NCBI GenBank assembly: GCA_046597055.1
Contig: JBKJLC010000079.1
Location: 9,783-73,782, forward strand
Direction of reading: 5' to 3'
Source: Kofleriaceae bacterium
GTDB taxonomy: Bacteria > Myxococcota_A > Polyangia > Haliangiales > Haliangiaceae
DNA length: 64,000 nucleotides
Of this stretch, positions 19,856 to 31,381 are shown in pieces; position 1 is the stretch's first letter; each line of letters starts with the position of its first letter. The notes below the pieces were generated by a model. It did no database searches and was not told the DNA's origin. It saw only the letters and a list, made by a program, of their open reading frames with translations. Both the position numbers and the translations under genes were made by a program.

Positions 19856-20826
19856 CGACGACGACGGCCGCGACGGCGGCCGGTGAGGCCGGCGACGAGC
19901 AGCATGGCGAGCCCGGCATGGGGCGGCGACGGCGCGGCCGAGCAGCCATCGCTCGACGCGCCGCTGATGCCGCCGGCATCGACGTCAGTGGCCGGGCCGG
20001 CGTCGACGGGTGTGGCCGCTCTGCACTCGAGGAGGACGTCGATCGGCTCGGCCGCGAGCGACAGGGCGGTTCCCGGCAAGGTGGCGCGCATCTCGACCCG
20101 GTGCAGCCCGGCCGGCAGCGTGGTGACGTCGAACGGCGGGCCGCAGACCGTGTAGACGATGTCGCGACCGCGACCGAACCAGCTCGCGCCGGGGGGAAGC
20201 GGCTCGATGATGCTGCGCTGGGGCGTCCACAGCGCGCCGTCGACGCGCGTCTCGAAGTGGAGCGCATCGCGCCAGAGCGCGGCCTCCCGGCTCCCGTCGA
20301 TCACGAGCTCCACCTCTCGGACCTCGGCCTCGCGGCTGCAGGTGCCCCCGGCCGCGAGCTCGCGCACGAACTGGCCGCCCCTGGGGATCCCGAGCCGCCC
20401 GAGCCCCACCGGCAGCTCGGCGGCGGGCCCGACCGCAAACACGACCCGCGGACCGAGGACGGAGTCCTCCGGGCAGGTGGTCGCATCGGTCAGCAGGTAG
20501 CGGGTGCCCGCGACCAGCGGCGCGTCGGGGACGAGCAAATAATCGTCGTTCGCGAGCCGGGTCGCAGTGAACGGTAGCGGCGTGGTCGGCGCGGCGGTGG
20601 TGGCGAGCGTGACCCAGCGCGGGTCGGCGATGCTGCCACCCTGAGGGTCGAGCACTCGCATCGGACGCCAGTAGATCGCGGGCAGGTTGGCCGGGACCCG
20701 GGTGCCGTTCCCGGGCACGAAATGCCCCGGCCAGCACCGTGGGGCTGTGCACGCGTCGGCCGGACGCGCGCTGGCGCTCGCCAGCAGGGCCACGACTCCG
20801 AGCCCGACGAACGAGATGGATCGCAT
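19852..20826 (-). CDS. Secreted protein with MYXO-CTERM tail
   Basis: Signal peptide ending ADAC; VPAN; C-terminal DGCSAA...hydrophobic...RRR. Confidence 0.78.
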   Translation of the reverse strand: MRSISFVGLGVVALLASASARPADACTAPRCWPGHFVPGNGTRVPANLPAIYWRPMRVLDPQGGSIADPRWVTLATTAAPTTPLPFTATRLANDDYLLVPDAPLVAGTRYLLTDATTCPEDSVLGPRVVFAVGPAAELPVGLGRLGIPRGGQFVRELAAGGTCSREAEVREVELVIDGSREAALWRDALHFETRVDGALWTPQRSIIEPLPPGASWFGRGRDIVYTVCGPPFDVTTLPAGLHRVEMRATLPGTALSLAAEPIDVLLECRAATPVDAGPATDVDAGGISGASSDGCSAAPSPPHAGLAMLLVAGLTGRRRGRRRR

Positions 20827-20834
20827 CGCTTACC

Positions 20835-22820
20835 TCAATCGCATTTGCCGGCCGCGCACATACACGGGCCGTCGCACTCGTTGACCACCACGCCGGTCTC
20901 GAAGAACTGCCGCATCTGCCGGCGCGACGCCGCCTGGTTGCGCGTGAGGTCGTGCATGCCGGTGTCGAGCGCGGGCTCGTTGGTGAGCGGGAACGGTGGG
21001 GCGCCGCCGTCCATGATCACCAGGGCCGAGCCGTTCGCGATCGGCCCGGCGACCCCGGTCATGCCGTAGGGCAGGTAGGACGACCCCGGCAGCAGCGCCG
21101 GGATGCCCATCGTGCGCGCTTGCCACTCGGTGGACAGGTTGGGCACCTGCTCGTCGCCGACCGCCATGTGCAGCAGCACCTGCTTGGGCGGCACCCCGGT
21201 CGGCGTGCCGGCCAGGACCACGTTGGCCACGCCCGAGGTCTCGGTCTGATCCCAGCGCTGCTGGAAGAGGTTGACCGCCATCACCACGTCGAGCGGATCC
21301 GGATACGCGCCGATCATGATCATCCGGTAGCCCGGCCAGTCGGTCGAGCGCTCGAGCATGGTCGAGTAGTTGCCGCCACCGACGCCGAGCACGCCGCGGC
21401 GGACCGTCGGCAGGTAGGCCATGTGCGCGGTCCCGAAGATGTGGCCCTGCGACAGGCCGTAGTAGTAGACCCGGCTGGGGTCGGCGAGCCGGGCGCCGCT
21501 GCGGCAGCCGGTGGCGGTGGCGTCTTCGGGCCGGCACACGAACACGGTCTCGGCGAGCACGGTCTCGAGCGCGCGGGCGAGGGCGACGTGGTTGACGATG
21601 CCCTGGACCAGCACCTCGAACACCGCGCCGGCGTTGTTCAGATCGGTCAGCGCCCGGGCGATGTTGACGAGGTCGCGCTCGGACATCCCGCGCATGTCGG
21701 TGCCCGCGACGATCACGCACAGCTCCTGCGCGGTCGTGCGCAGGAAGTTGGCGGCCGCCTGCGCGCCCGAGCCGTTCAGGCCGTGGCCGTAGATCATCAT
21801 CGCGACCGGGGTCGCGGCGGTGTACGCGCACGCCGGGATGATCGCGGTGAACGGGATCTCGTACATCCGCTGGAAGACCGGCAGCCCGTCGGGGCCGGTC
21901 GCCAGCTCGGTGCCGGCGGCATAGACGCCATCCTGGGTGAGGAACAGCGGCGCCGTGACGAAGCCATCGACGCGGCGACGGGTGAGCACGCCATCTTCGA
22001 TCGGCTCGTCGCGCACGAGGCGCGCGGTCTGCGGCGTGCGGTCGAGCTCGACGATCGCGCGGTCGCGCGCGGCGGTCGGCAGCCGGCGCACGTGCTCGTC
22101 GGACGCGACGGTGAAGTCCCACGCCTGGACCAGCTCGGTCCGCGGCACGCCGGCGGCCTCGAGCGCGGCCACGGTCGCCTCGAGCCGCGGGCGCGCGCGC
22201 TCGAGCAGGGGATGCGAGGTCGCCGCGCCGTCGAGCACGGCGCGGAAGCCCGGCGAGATCGGAAGCGCGCCGCCGGTCTTGCCGCGCAGCGACGAGCGGA
22301 TCGCGACCGCGTAGCGACGGTTCGCGATCAGCCGCGCCGCCGGGCGCAGGAACAGCGCCTGCCGATCGGGGGTGGCGGCCGCCGGTACGTCGACCTCGGC
22401 GAAGTGGGCGACCCGCTCGCCGGTGGTCAGGTCGAGGAGCACGGTCGGGCTGGTGTCACCCAGCGAGTCGGCGAAGTGGGCCTGGTCCACCAGGTTGGCC
22501 GGATCGACGCCGCCCGGGAACGCGGTCACGATCGCGGCGGCCGCCGAGAAGCCGTCGGCGAGATTCCAGGGCGCCGGGTCGATGATCTGACCCTCGACGT
22601 GCGTCAGTAGCGTGCCGGTGGGGATCGCGAGCCGCTGCCCGGTGCGGGTGGTCGCGTCGGGGACCTCGAAGACCGACGACGGCCACGGGGCCATGCAGTG
22701 CTGGTAGCCCAGCGGGTTGCAGCCGTCGGCGACTGGCAGGGCGCCATCGTCGCCGCAGGCGCCGAGGGCGCTGACGGTGGCGAGGGCGGCGGCGAAGGCA
22801 TGACCAACGAGCGCTCGCAT
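20835..22820 (-). CDS. Lipoprotein alpha/beta-hydrolase (extracellular lipase-like)
   Basis: Lipobox LGAC; PWPS, DGFS; YGHGL, nucleophile elbow GLSQG, GDEQVPN, C-terminal H. Confidence 0.82.
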   Translation of the reverse strand: MRALVGHAFAAALATVSALGACGDDGALPVADGCNPLGYQHCMAPWPSSVFEVPDATTRTGQRLAIPTGTLLTHVEGQIIDPAPWNLADGFSAAAAIVTAFPGGVDPANLVDQAHFADSLGDTSPTVLLDLTTGERVAHFAEVDVPAAATPDRQALFLRPAARLIANRRYAVAIRSSLRGKTGGALPISPGFRAVLDGAATSHPLLERARPRLEATVAALEAAGVPRTELVQAWDFTVASDEHVRRLPTAARDRAIVELDRTPQTARLVRDEPIEDGVLTRRRVDGFVTAPLFLTQDGVYAAGTELATGPDGLPVFQRMYEIPFTAIIPACAYTAATPVAMMIYGHGLNGSGAQAAANFLRTTAQELCVIVAGTDMRGMSERDLVNIARALTDLNNAGAVFEVLVQGIVNHVALARALETVLAETVFVCRPEDATATGCRSGARLADPSRVYYYGLSQGHIFGTAHMAYLPTVRRGVLGVGGGNYSTMLERSTDWPGYRMIMIGAYPDPLDVVMAVNLFQQRWDQTETSGVANVVLAGTPTGVPPKQVLLHMAVGDEQVPNLSTEWQARTMGIPALLPGSSYLPYGMTGVAGPIANGSALVIMDGGAPPFPLTNEPALDTGMHDLTRNQAASRRQMRQFFETGVVVNECDGPCMCAAGKCD

Positions 22821-22877
22821 TGGGCGCGACCCTACCTCGTCCGCCCGCCGCGGTGAACCCGCTTCGGCGCTCCGTTG

Positions 22878-23495
22878 TCATGCAGGTGAGGTCGCGGCGA
22901 GGGCGCGCCGGAGGTTGGCCCGCGCGGCCGCGTCGAGCCGAGCGTGGAACCCGTCCGAGCAGTAGATGCGCGGCGCGGCCAGGAGCGCCGCCAGGAACCG
23001 GCCGCGGCCGGCCCGGTAGGCGGCGGCCGGGACGTGCGCGAACTCGAGGGCGATCGCCGCGTCATAGGCGTCGAAGCGGGTGGGTGGGGCGCCGAGGATC
23101 GCCATGTCGCAGTCGACGAAGCGGGCGGCGTCGCGATCGAGCGCGCCGCCATCGAGGCCGCCGTGGCGCGCGGTCAGCAGGATCAGCGCCTCGACCCGAT
23201 CGAGCTCGAGCCCGACGCCGCGCAGGTGGGCGCCGGCCAGCTGGCGGGCGAGGCCGGCGGAGCGCGCCTCGTTGTCGCGCTGGCCCGCCACGTAGATCGC
23301 GTCGTGACAGAGGATCGCCCAGTACACCTCGCCCGGCTGGTCCCAGCCGTCGGCGGCGGCGACCCGCTCGTACTCGCCGACCACCTCGTCGACATGGGCG
23401 GCCGAATGATAGGCGCGCGGTGGTCGCGCGTAGGCCGCCCGCAGCGCGGCCTCGGCCGCAGCCGGCAGCGGGAAGGGCGGACGCGCGCCGAACAC
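22878..23495 (-). CDS. HD-domain metal-dependent phosphohydrolase-like protein
   Basis: RAYHSAAH, AILCHDAIY...DNEARSA, DCDMAILG, YRAGR. Confidence 0.88.
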   Translation of the reverse strand: MFGARPPFPLPAAAEAALRAAYARPPRAYHSAAHVDEVVGEYERVAAADGWDQPGEVYWAILCHDAIYVAGQRDNEARSAGLARQLAGAHLRGVGLELDRVEALILLTARHGGLDGGALDRDAARFVDCDMAILGAPPTRFDAYDAAIALEFAHVPAAAYRAGRGRFLAALLAAPRIYCSDGFHARLDAAARANLRRALAATSPA

Positions 23496-23550
23496 GGCCC
23501 GAGCGTACCGCGGTGGCACCGCGCCGGCGGGCGCGGTAGCGTGAACCTCG

Positions 23551-24081
23551 ATGGGCCTCTCGCTGCGTGGCGCGTTCGCGACGGTCGTGCTCTGCGTCGC
23601 CGTCGCGCTCGGCGGCTGCCCGGCCAGCTCCGGCGGTGGGGCCGTGGTGGGCCCCGGCGGCGGTAGCGCGCGACCCGGGGCCGGGACCGACGGCGGCCGC
23701 ACGGTCGGGGGCGGCGGCGGCGGCAGCGCCGGCTCGTCGGTGGCGACCGGTGGGCTGGCGGTCACGGGCGCGGCGTGTCCGGACCCCGGCTGCGGGTTCC
23801 ACCCCGGCGAGGCCGCGTACTTCAGCTGCCTGTCGGGCGGCGCCGGGGCCTGCTTCCACTTCGGGGCCCGCTGCGCGCCGGCCGACGCCTGCATGTTCGA
23901 TCCGGCGGTGAAGCGCTACCACCAGTGCGCCGAGCCGGTCGAGGGCACCTGCGCGCGCTACGGCGCCCCCTGCACGCCGGCGTCCGCCTGCGCGTTCAAC
24001 CCGACCGATGGGCTCCACCACAGATGCGAAGCGTGGTCGGGTGGCGCGTGCACCCGCTGGGGTGCGCTGTGTGCGCCCTGA
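23551..24081 (+). CDS. Cys-rich lipoprotein with three ~33-aa repeats
   Basis: Lipobox LGGC, Gly-rich linker, 3x C-x-F-x-P...C...G-x-C-xx-(F/Y/W)GA-x-C-x-P. Confidence 0.7.
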   Translation: MGLSLRGAFATVVLCVAVALGGCPASSGGGAVVGPGGGSARPGAGTDGGRTVGGGGGGSAGSSVATGGLAVTGAACPDPGCGFHPGEAAYFSCLSGGAGACFHFGARCAPADACMFDPAVKRYHQCAEPVEGTCARYGAPCTPASACAFNPTDGLHHRCEAWSGGACTRWGALCAP

Positions 24082-24317
24082 CCCACCCGGCGCGCTGACC
24101 GGGAGTGGCCGACCGGCCCCGGTTCGGGCGTGCTTGCGGTGAGCTGAGCTACGTTCCGACCTCGATCGCGACCACGATCCAAGGACTTGGCGTGTGCGAG
24201 GTCCGGGGAAGAAAACCGTTTTCGATTCCGTACTACGGGATGGAAGGCGATGACGGAAACCGAAGCGATTGCGGTGGATTGCGATCGACCCAGAGATGGG
24301 TCTTGACGAAGCTGGTG

Positions 24318-24334
24318 TTGAAAGGCATTTTCAA
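24318..24334. promoter_or_regulatory. Fur-like operator upstream of bfd-bfr
   Basis: TTGAAAGGCATTTTCAA is 2 mismatches from the deltaproteobacterial Fur-type palindrome TTGAAAATNATTTTCAA, 15 bp before bfd. Confidence 0.7.
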
Positions 24335-24349
24335 ACTCGGAGATTTGAA

Positions 24350-24604
24350 GTGATCGTTTGTCTCTGCCACGGCGTGCGCGACCGCGATATCGACGCGGTG
24401 ATCGGCGATGGCGCCGAGACCGTCGAGGACATCGGTGACCAGTGCGGCGCCGGCACCGGTTGCGGCGCTTGCATCCCCGACATCGAGGACAAGCTCGAGC
24501 GTGCCGGCTGCGAGCGCGAGCGCGCCGGCGACTGTCCGCGCAGCCTGGGTCTGGTCACGATCGGCCGCGCGCCGTCGATGGACGAGACCCGCGACGCCGC
24601 CTAG
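24350..24604 (+). CDS. bfd: Bacterioferritin-associated ferredoxin
   Basis: MIVCLCHGV...GAGTGCGAC; upstream of bfr. Confidence 0.92.
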   Translation: MIVCLCHGVRDRDIDAVIGDGAETVEDIGDQCGAGTGCGACIPDIEDKLERAGCERERAGDCPRSLGLVTIGRAPSMDETRDAA

Positions 24605-24734
24605 GCGGCGGTCCACAGGGAGCCCTGACCGCACCGGGTCGGCGACCGAGATGGGGCCACCGGGCCCTGCTCGCTCCGCCGAATGTTCCGGCAGGTCGTT
24701 TGTTCGAGACCGCCTCGGTGCGAACATGCGCGCC

Positions 24735-25205
24735 ATGAAGGGTCACGCCGAGGTTCTCACGCTGTTGAACGAGCTGCTCACCAACGAGCTGACGGCGATC
24801 AACCAGTACTTCATCCACGCGAAGATGTGCAAGAACTGGGGCTACCTGCGCCTGGCGCAGAAGGTCCACGCCGAGTCCATCGACGAGATGAAGCACGCGG
24901 ACACGATCATCGAGCGCATCCTGTTCCTCGAGGGGATCCCGAACCTGCAGCGGCTGAACAAGCTGCGCGTCGGCGAGACGGTCAAGGAGCAGTTCGAGAG
25001 CGACCTCGCGCTCGAGTACAACTCGATCAAGAGCCTCAACGAGTGGATCGCGACGTGTGTCCGGCTGGCGGACAATGGCACCCGCGAGCTCCTCGAGAAG
25101 ATCCTGGTCGGCGAGGAGGAGCACACCGACTGGCTCGAGACCCAGCTCGCCCTGCTGGTGTCGATCGGCGAGCAGAACTACCTCGCGCAGCAGCTGCGCG
25201 ACTGA
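24735..25205 (+). CDS. bfr: Bacterioferritin
   Basis: MKG...NELTAINQYFIH...ESIDEMKHAD...ERILFLEG...EEEHTDWLETQL. Confidence 0.97.
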   Translation: MKGHAEVLTLLNELLTNELTAINQYFIHAKMCKNWGYLRLAQKVHAESIDEMKHADTIIERILFLEGIPNLQRLNKLRVGETVKEQFESDLALEYNSIKSLNEWIATCVRLADNGTRELLEKILVGEEEHTDWLETQLALLVSIGEQNYLAQQLRD

Positions 25206-25361
25206 CCCGCGGCCGGCCCGGGCCCGGCGCGCCGCGTGCCAGGTTGGCAGCCGCGCGGCCCCCGGCCTGTCCTGGTGGCACGCCCCGGGCGCAGGAGCCG
25301 CCCAAGTCAGCGGCGCCACGTCGGCGCCGGCGTGGCCCGCGGCTTGCGCCAGGAACCGCCC

Positions 25362-25721
25362 ATGATGCTCTATCGCAGCCTCGTGGTCGGACTGCTCGGG
25401 GCGATCGCGATGCTGGTCGCGGCCCGACCGCCGGCCCCGGTGGCGTCGGCGCCCACGGGGGTTGCGGAGCCTGCGCTGGCCGCGCCGCGCGACACCCTCG
25501 TCGATGCGCGGCTCGGCGCCGGGCCGGTGCTCGGGCTGCTCGGCCTGGCGCCGCGCGAGCACATCGTCGCGATCGACGACGTGGGTTGCAGCGCCTGCGA
25601 GGAGGACCTCGAGGCGCGCTGGCGGCTGACGGTCGCGCGCGAGTACCTCGACGTCACGGTCGCGACGCCGCGCGGTGAGCGCCGCGTGCTGGTGCTCGCC
25701 CATCCCGCGATCCCGCGCTGA
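25362..25721 (+). CDS. Small hypothetical membrane-anchored protein (degenerate PDZ-like)
   Basis: N-terminal TM MLYRSLVVGLLGAIAMLV; LGLAPREHIVAIDDV; sigma-54-like TGGC-N7-TTGC at 25333-25347. Confidence 0.6.
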   Translation: MMLYRSLVVGLLGAIAMLVAARPPAPVASAPTGVAEPALAAPRDTLVDARLGAGPVLGLLGLAPREHIVAIDDVGCSACEEDLEARWRLTVAREYLDVTVATPRGERRVLVLAHPAIPR

Positions 25722-25784
25722 CCGCGGCGCCCGCGCGGCCCGCCTCGCGTTGACAGCGCGCGCGGGTCGGGCGATGAAGCCGCC

Positions 25785-26723
25785 ATGCTGAGCATCGATC
25801 TCCGTGGCAAGCGCGCGCTGGTCGCCGGCGTCGCCGACGATGGTGGGTTCGGGTGGGCGATCGCCCGGGCGCTGGCCGAGGCCGGCGCGACGGTGTGCCT
25901 CGGCACCTGGCCGCCCGCGCTGAGCCTGTTCCAGAAGCTGCTGCAGTTCGGCAAGCTCGACGCGTCGATGGTGATGGCCGACGGCAGCAAGCTCGCCTTC
26001 GAGAAGATCTACCCGCTCGACGCCGAGTACGACCGGCTCGCGGACGTGCCGGCCGAGGTGGCGCAGTCGCGCCGGTACAAGGACCTCGGCGACTTCACGA
26101 TCCAGGGCCTGGCCGCGCGCATGAAGGAAGACTTCGGCGACGGCGCGATCGACATCGTCGTGCACAGCCTCGCCAACGGGTCCGAGGTGAAGAAGCCGCT
26201 GCTCGAGACCAGCCGCAAGGGCTACCTGTCGGCGGTGTCGGCGTCGGCGTACTCGATGGTGTCGATCGTCCAGGCGTTCGGCCCGATCATGCGGCGCGGC
26301 GGCGCCTTCGTGTCGCTGACGTACATGGCGTCGGAGCGCGCGGTGCCCGGCTACGGCGGCGGCATGTCGTCGGCCAAGGCCGCGCTCGAGAGCGACACCC
26401 GGGTGCTCGCCTACGAGGCCGGCCGGGCCTGGCGCCACCGGGTCAACGTGATCTCGGCCGGGCCCTACGCGTCGCGGGCGGCGTCGGCGATCGGGTTCAT
26501 CGATCAGATGATCGACTACAACAAGCGCAACTCGCCGCTGCCGGAGGCGCTCACGGCCGAGGAGGTCGGCGCGACCGCCGCCTTTCTGTGCTCGCCGCTC
26601 GCCAGCGGGATCACCGGCTCGACGGTGTACGTCGACAAGGGGTACGCGGGCATGGGGGTCGCGGTCGATCGCGAGGCGGCGGCGGCGGTGCCGGCGGCCG
26701 GCCCTGCGACAACTGCTGTGTAA
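25785..26723 (+). CDS. fabI: Enoyl-ACP reductase (plant/chlamydial-type FabI)
   Basis: [49 protein letters not shown]. Confidence 0.95.
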   Translation: MLSIDLRGKRALVAGVADDGGFGWAIARALAEAGATVCLGTWPPALSLFQKLLQFGKLDASMVMADGSKLAFEKIYPLDAEYDRLADVPAEVAQSRRYKDLGDFTIQGLAARMKEDFGDGAIDIVVHSLANGSEVKKPLLETSRKGYLSAVSASAYSMVSIVQAFGPIMRRGGAFVSLTYMASERAVPGYGGGMSSAKAALESDTRVLAYEAGRAWRHRVNVISAGPYASRAASAIGFIDQMIDYNKRNSPLPEALTAEEVGATAAFLCSPLASGITGSTVYVDKGYAGMGVAVDREAAAAVPAAGPATTAV

Positions 26724-26806
26724 GCGGCTGACTACCAACGGTTTCAGGCACGCAACCGGGGAGCGAGTGCGACGATACGGGCGCCAACTCGTTCCCGAGG
26801 TGCCTC

Positions 26807-28411
26807 CTGAGCCACGATCGTCGCCGCCCTGATTCCAGCTCGTCTTCCTCGAACCCGTCTCCCTCGGCCGGTCGCGCGGGCGCCGGTCGCACGCTCAGCC
26901 AGAGCCTGCCCCGGACGACCGCGCAGCTGGCGCGCTGGACCCAGCGGCGGGCCGCGCCGGCTGCCACCGGCGAGTCGGCACCGGTGGACGCGGACGTCGG
27001 CGCGATCGCCGCCGCCGGCGTTGCCGGCCCGTCGGGCACGCTGCCGTTCATCGACGAGATCCAGGGATCGTTTGGCCGCCACGATGTCCGCGGCGTCGGC
27101 GCCCACGTCGGGGCCGAGGCCCAGACCGCCTCGGCCGCGCTCGGCGCTCATGGCTACGCGACCGGCAACGACGTCGCGTTCGCGGCCGCGCCGGATCTGC
27201 ACCTCGCGGCTCACGAGGCGGCGCACGTGGTCCAGCAGCGGGCCGGCGTCCAGCTCGCCAGCGCGATCGGCGAGGCCGGCGACCCGTACGAGCGCCACGC
27301 CGATCGCGCCGCCGACGCGGTCGTGCGCGGCGAGTCGGCGGCCGGCATCCTCGACGAGATGGTCGGTGGTGGCGGCGGGCAGCCCGCGGTCCAGCGCGAG
27401 GAGGATGGCACCCATGGCCTGCGCGCGACGATGATGGGGCTGGGCGCGGACCTCCCGCCCGACGCCCGGTTTCCGCTGCTCGAGTACGGACAGCAGGTCC
27501 CCGCGCTGCGCGGCGCGCGCGGTCCGGATCGCCTCAAGATGCTGCAGGCGGTGGAGCCGCGCCGGGCCCACGCGCTGCTGAAGGAGCTCGAGCTCGACCT
27601 CGACGAGCAGTTCGTGATCTACGACGAGGTGCCGTACCTGCTGGGGATGGCCTCGCTCAACACGCTCTATCCGCTGTTCGAGGTACCCCACGGTCGCAGC
27701 AACGTCGAGAGCCGGATGTTCAGCAAGCTCGACCTTGCCATGCAGCTGGACCTGTTCGAGCGGATGGAGGTGCCGCGCAAGGCACGGCTCTATCCGTTCG
27801 GCGCGCGACCGGCCCACCAGGCCGCGCTGCTCGCCACCCTGAGCGACGGCGACCTCACCCAGCTGCTCACGCTGCTGGACGACGACTTCGTCATGGAGAT
27901 GGCCGGCAACACGCCGCCCCATGTCGCGGCGCGCATCAAGCGCTGCATCGAGGTGGTGCGGCCGATCGCATGGGCGGCCGGTTACACGATCGAGAGCGAC
28001 GTCGATGCTGCCGAGCGTGAGGGCGGGATCTTCGGGGACGCCCCGGACAAGGCGGCCGCGGTCCCGCGGACCGACGACGAGCTGCTGGCGCGGGTCATGA
28101 GCATGGGCAGCGGCGAGCTGGTGCCGTTCTACGCCAAGGTCCCGTCGTACAAGCGCCGGCTGGTCCTGACCGTGGCGTCGCCGGCCCAGCTCGCCGCGCT
28201 GTTCAGCACCGTCTCCGATGGCAACGCCGCCGAGCTGTGGCTGCACGCCCTGGGCGCGGCCGGCCCTGACACGATCACGGCGGCGCTCCGCCGGCTCGCG
28301 CCCGACCAGGTCAAGCGTCTGCACTTCCAGCTCGATCCCGGGCAGCAGGCCCAGCTGGTCGGCGTGCTACCCCCCGAGCTCGCCGATCTGATCGTCCCGC
28401 CCGAGGCGTAG
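26807..28411 (+). CDS. DUF4157 (eCIS core) domain protein with uncharacterised helical C-terminus (start uncertain: CTG 26807 or GTG 26984)
   Basis: [16 protein letters not shown]...[13 protein letters not shown]...[14 protein letters not shown]...[10 protein letters not shown]. Confidence 0.85.
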   Translation: MSHDRRRPDSSSSSSNPSPSAGRAGAGRTLSQSLPRTTAQLARWTQRRAAPAATGESAPVDADVGAIAAAGVAGPSGTLPFIDEIQGSFGRHDVRGVGAHVGAEAQTASAALGAHGYATGNDVAFAAAPDLHLAAHEAAHVVQQRAGVQLASAIGEAGDPYERHADRAADAVVRGESAAGILDEMVGGGGGQPAVQREEDGTHGLRATMMGLGADLPPDARFPLLEYGQQVPALRGARGPDRLKMLQAVEPRRAHALLKELELDLDEQFVIYDEVPYLLGMASLNTLYPLFEVPHGRSNVESRMFSKLDLAMQLDLFERMEVPRKARLYPFGARPAHQAALLATLSDGDLTQLLTLLDDDFVMEMAGNTPPHVAARIKRCIEVVRPIAWAAGYTIESDVDAAEREGGIFGDAPDKAAAVPRTDDELLARVMSMGSGELVPFYAKVPSYKRRLVLTVASPAQLAALFSTVSDGNAAELWLHALGAAGPDTITAALRRLAPDQVKRLHFQLDPGQQAQLVGVLPPELADLIVPPEA

Positions 28412-28413
28412 CG

Positions 28414-29277
28414 TCAGGCCGGACCGACGTGGGTCGCTGCCGCCTCGATCGCCGCCGCCATCGCGACCGCGTCGGGGTAGCGGTCGGCCGGTTCCTTGGC
28501 GAGCGCGCGCAGGACCACCGCGATGACCTCGGGCGGGACCGCGTGCGCGCCGTCGACGTCGAGCGGCGGCGGGTCGTCGTGCAGGTGGGCGCTGATCAGC
28601 TCGAAGTCGTCGGTGCCGGCGTACGGCGGCCGGCCGGCGAGCAGCTCGTAGAGGATGATCCCCATCGCGTACAGGTCGCTGCGCGGGTCGGCGGGCTTGC
28701 CACGCAGGCGCTCGGGCGCGAGGTAGGTGAGGCTGCCGACCACGTGGCCGCGCTGGGTGAGCTTGGCGCCGCCCTCGAACGCGGCGAAGCCGAAGTCGAT
28801 CAGCACCACCCGCTCGACCGGACCCGGCGACGGCTCCAGCATCAGGTTGGCCGGCTTGAGGTCGCGGTGGAGGATGCCCTCGGCGTGGACCGCGGCCAGG
28901 CCCTGCAGCGCCTGCCAGGTGTAGCTGAGCGCGCGGGCCGCCGGCACCGAGCCCTTGGTCTTCACCACCTGGCGCAGCGAGGTGCCGCGCAGGAGCTCGA
29001 CCACGATGTAGGGCTCGGCCAGATCGGTGAGGCCGCCGCCGTACAGCGCGGCGACGTTGCGGTGCCGGATCAGGCCCTGGACCTGGGCCTCGCGCTGGAA
29101 GCGCGCCACCGCCTCGACGTCGCGGGCCTGCTGGTTGCGCAGGATCTTGAGCGCGACCGCGGTGCCGTCCCGGGTGTCGAGCACCCGGTAGACGTCGGCC
29201 ATGGCGCCACGGCCGATCAGCTTCTCGACCTGGTAGCGGTCGTCGATGAGAGTGCCGGCACGATCCGGGAAGGTCAT
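28414..29277 (-). CDS. Ser/Thr protein kinase (catalytic domain only)
   Basis: GRGAMADVY, VALKIL, HRDLKPAN, DFG, YLAPE, SDLYAMG. Confidence 0.96.
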   Translation of the reverse strand: MTFPDRAGTLIDDRYQVEKLIGRGAMADVYRVLDTRDGTAVALKILRNQQARDVEAVARFQREAQVQGLIRHRNVAALYGGGLTDLAEPYIVVELLRGTSLRQVVKTKGSVPAARALSYTWQALQGLAAVHAEGILHRDLKPANLMLEPSPGPVERVVLIDFGFAAFEGGAKLTQRGHVVGSLTYLAPERLRGKPADPRSDLYAMGIILYELLAGRPPYAGTDDFELISAHLHDDPPPLDVDGAHAVPPEVIAVVLRALAKEPADRYPDAVAMAAAIEAAATHVGPA

Positions 29278-29394
29278 GGCGGGGCGACGACGATACACCG
29301 GCCCGGGCCCGGCGACAGCGCCGTGCCACCGGCCCGGCGCACACCGCCTCGCCCCTGGGCTTGACCGGCCCGGGCCAGCGCGCTATCCGAGGCC

Positions 29395-30378
29395 GTGGCC
29401 ACCCGGACGTTTCCGCATCGCCACCTGCTCGGGATCGCCGAGCTCGAGCCGGACGACGTCCTGCAGATCCTCGACCTGGCCGGGCGCTACCACCAGGTCG
29501 CCGCCGAGCCGGTGAAGAAGCTCACCACCTTGCGCGGCCGCACGGTGATCAACCTGTTCTTCGAGAGCTCGACCCGGACCCGGATGTCGTTCGAGCTCGC
29601 CGCCAAGCGGCTGTCGGCCGACGCGGTCAACATCAGCCCGTCGACCTCGTCGACCACCAAGGGCGAGACGCTGCTCGACACCGCCCGCAACCTCGACGCG
29701 ATGGCGCCCGACGTGATCGTGGTGCGCCACCCGATGGCCGGCGCCGCCCACGGGCTGGCTCGCCACCTGCGCTGCGCGGTGGTCAACGCGGGCGACGGCC
29801 AGCACGAGCACCCGACCCAGGCGCTGCTCGATGCCGCCACGATCCGTCAGCACAAGGGCCGCCTCGACGGGCTCGAGGTCGCGATCGTCGGAGATCTCGC
29901 GCACTCGCGGGTCGCGCGGTCGAACCTGCTGCTGCTGACCCGCATGGGCGCGCGGGTCCGGCTGTGCGCGCCGCTGACGCTGGTGCCGCGCGGGATCGAG
30001 GAGATCGGCGGCGAGGTCAGCCGCGACCGGACCCGGGTGACCACCCGGCTCGAGGAGGCGCTCGACGGGGCCGACGTCGTGATGATGCTGCGGGTGCAGA
30101 CCGAGCGCACCGCCGGCGAGGCGCCGCGGTTCCCCAACGCCCGCGAGTACGCCCGCACCTACGGGCTGTCGGCGCGCACGCTCGGGTTCGCGCGGCCCGA
30201 CGCGATCGTGATGCACCCGGGGCCGGTCAATCGCGGCGTCGAGCTGGCGGCCGACGTCGCCGACGGGCCGCGCGCGGTGATCATGGACCAGGTGAGCTGG
30301 GGGGTGGCGGTGCGGATGGCCGTGCTCGAGCTGGTGGGCGCGCCGGCGGCGGCCGCCACGGTCGCGGCGGTCGCATGA
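29395..30378 (+). CDS. pyrB: Aspartate carbamoyltransferase catalytic subunit
   Basis: [43 protein letters not shown]. Confidence 0.97.
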   Translation: MATRTFPHRHLLGIAELEPDDVLQILDLAGRYHQVAAEPVKKLTTLRGRTVINLFFESSTRTRMSFELAAKRLSADAVNISPSTSSTTKGETLLDTARNLDAMAPDVIVVRHPMAGAAHGLARHLRCAVVNAGDGQHEHPTQALLDAATIRQHKGRLDGLEVAIVGDLAHSRVARSNLLLLTRMGARVRLCAPLTLVPRGIEEIGGEVSRDRTRVTTRLEEALDGADVVMMLRVQTERTAGEAPRFPNAREYARTYGLSARTLGFARPDAIVMHPGPVNRGVELAADVADGPRAVIMDQVSWGVAVRMAVLELVGAPAAAATVAAVA

Positions 30379-30397
30379 GCGCGGGTCGGAGGAGGCC

Positions 30398-31377
<980 letters not shown>

Positions 31378-31381
<4 letters not shown>

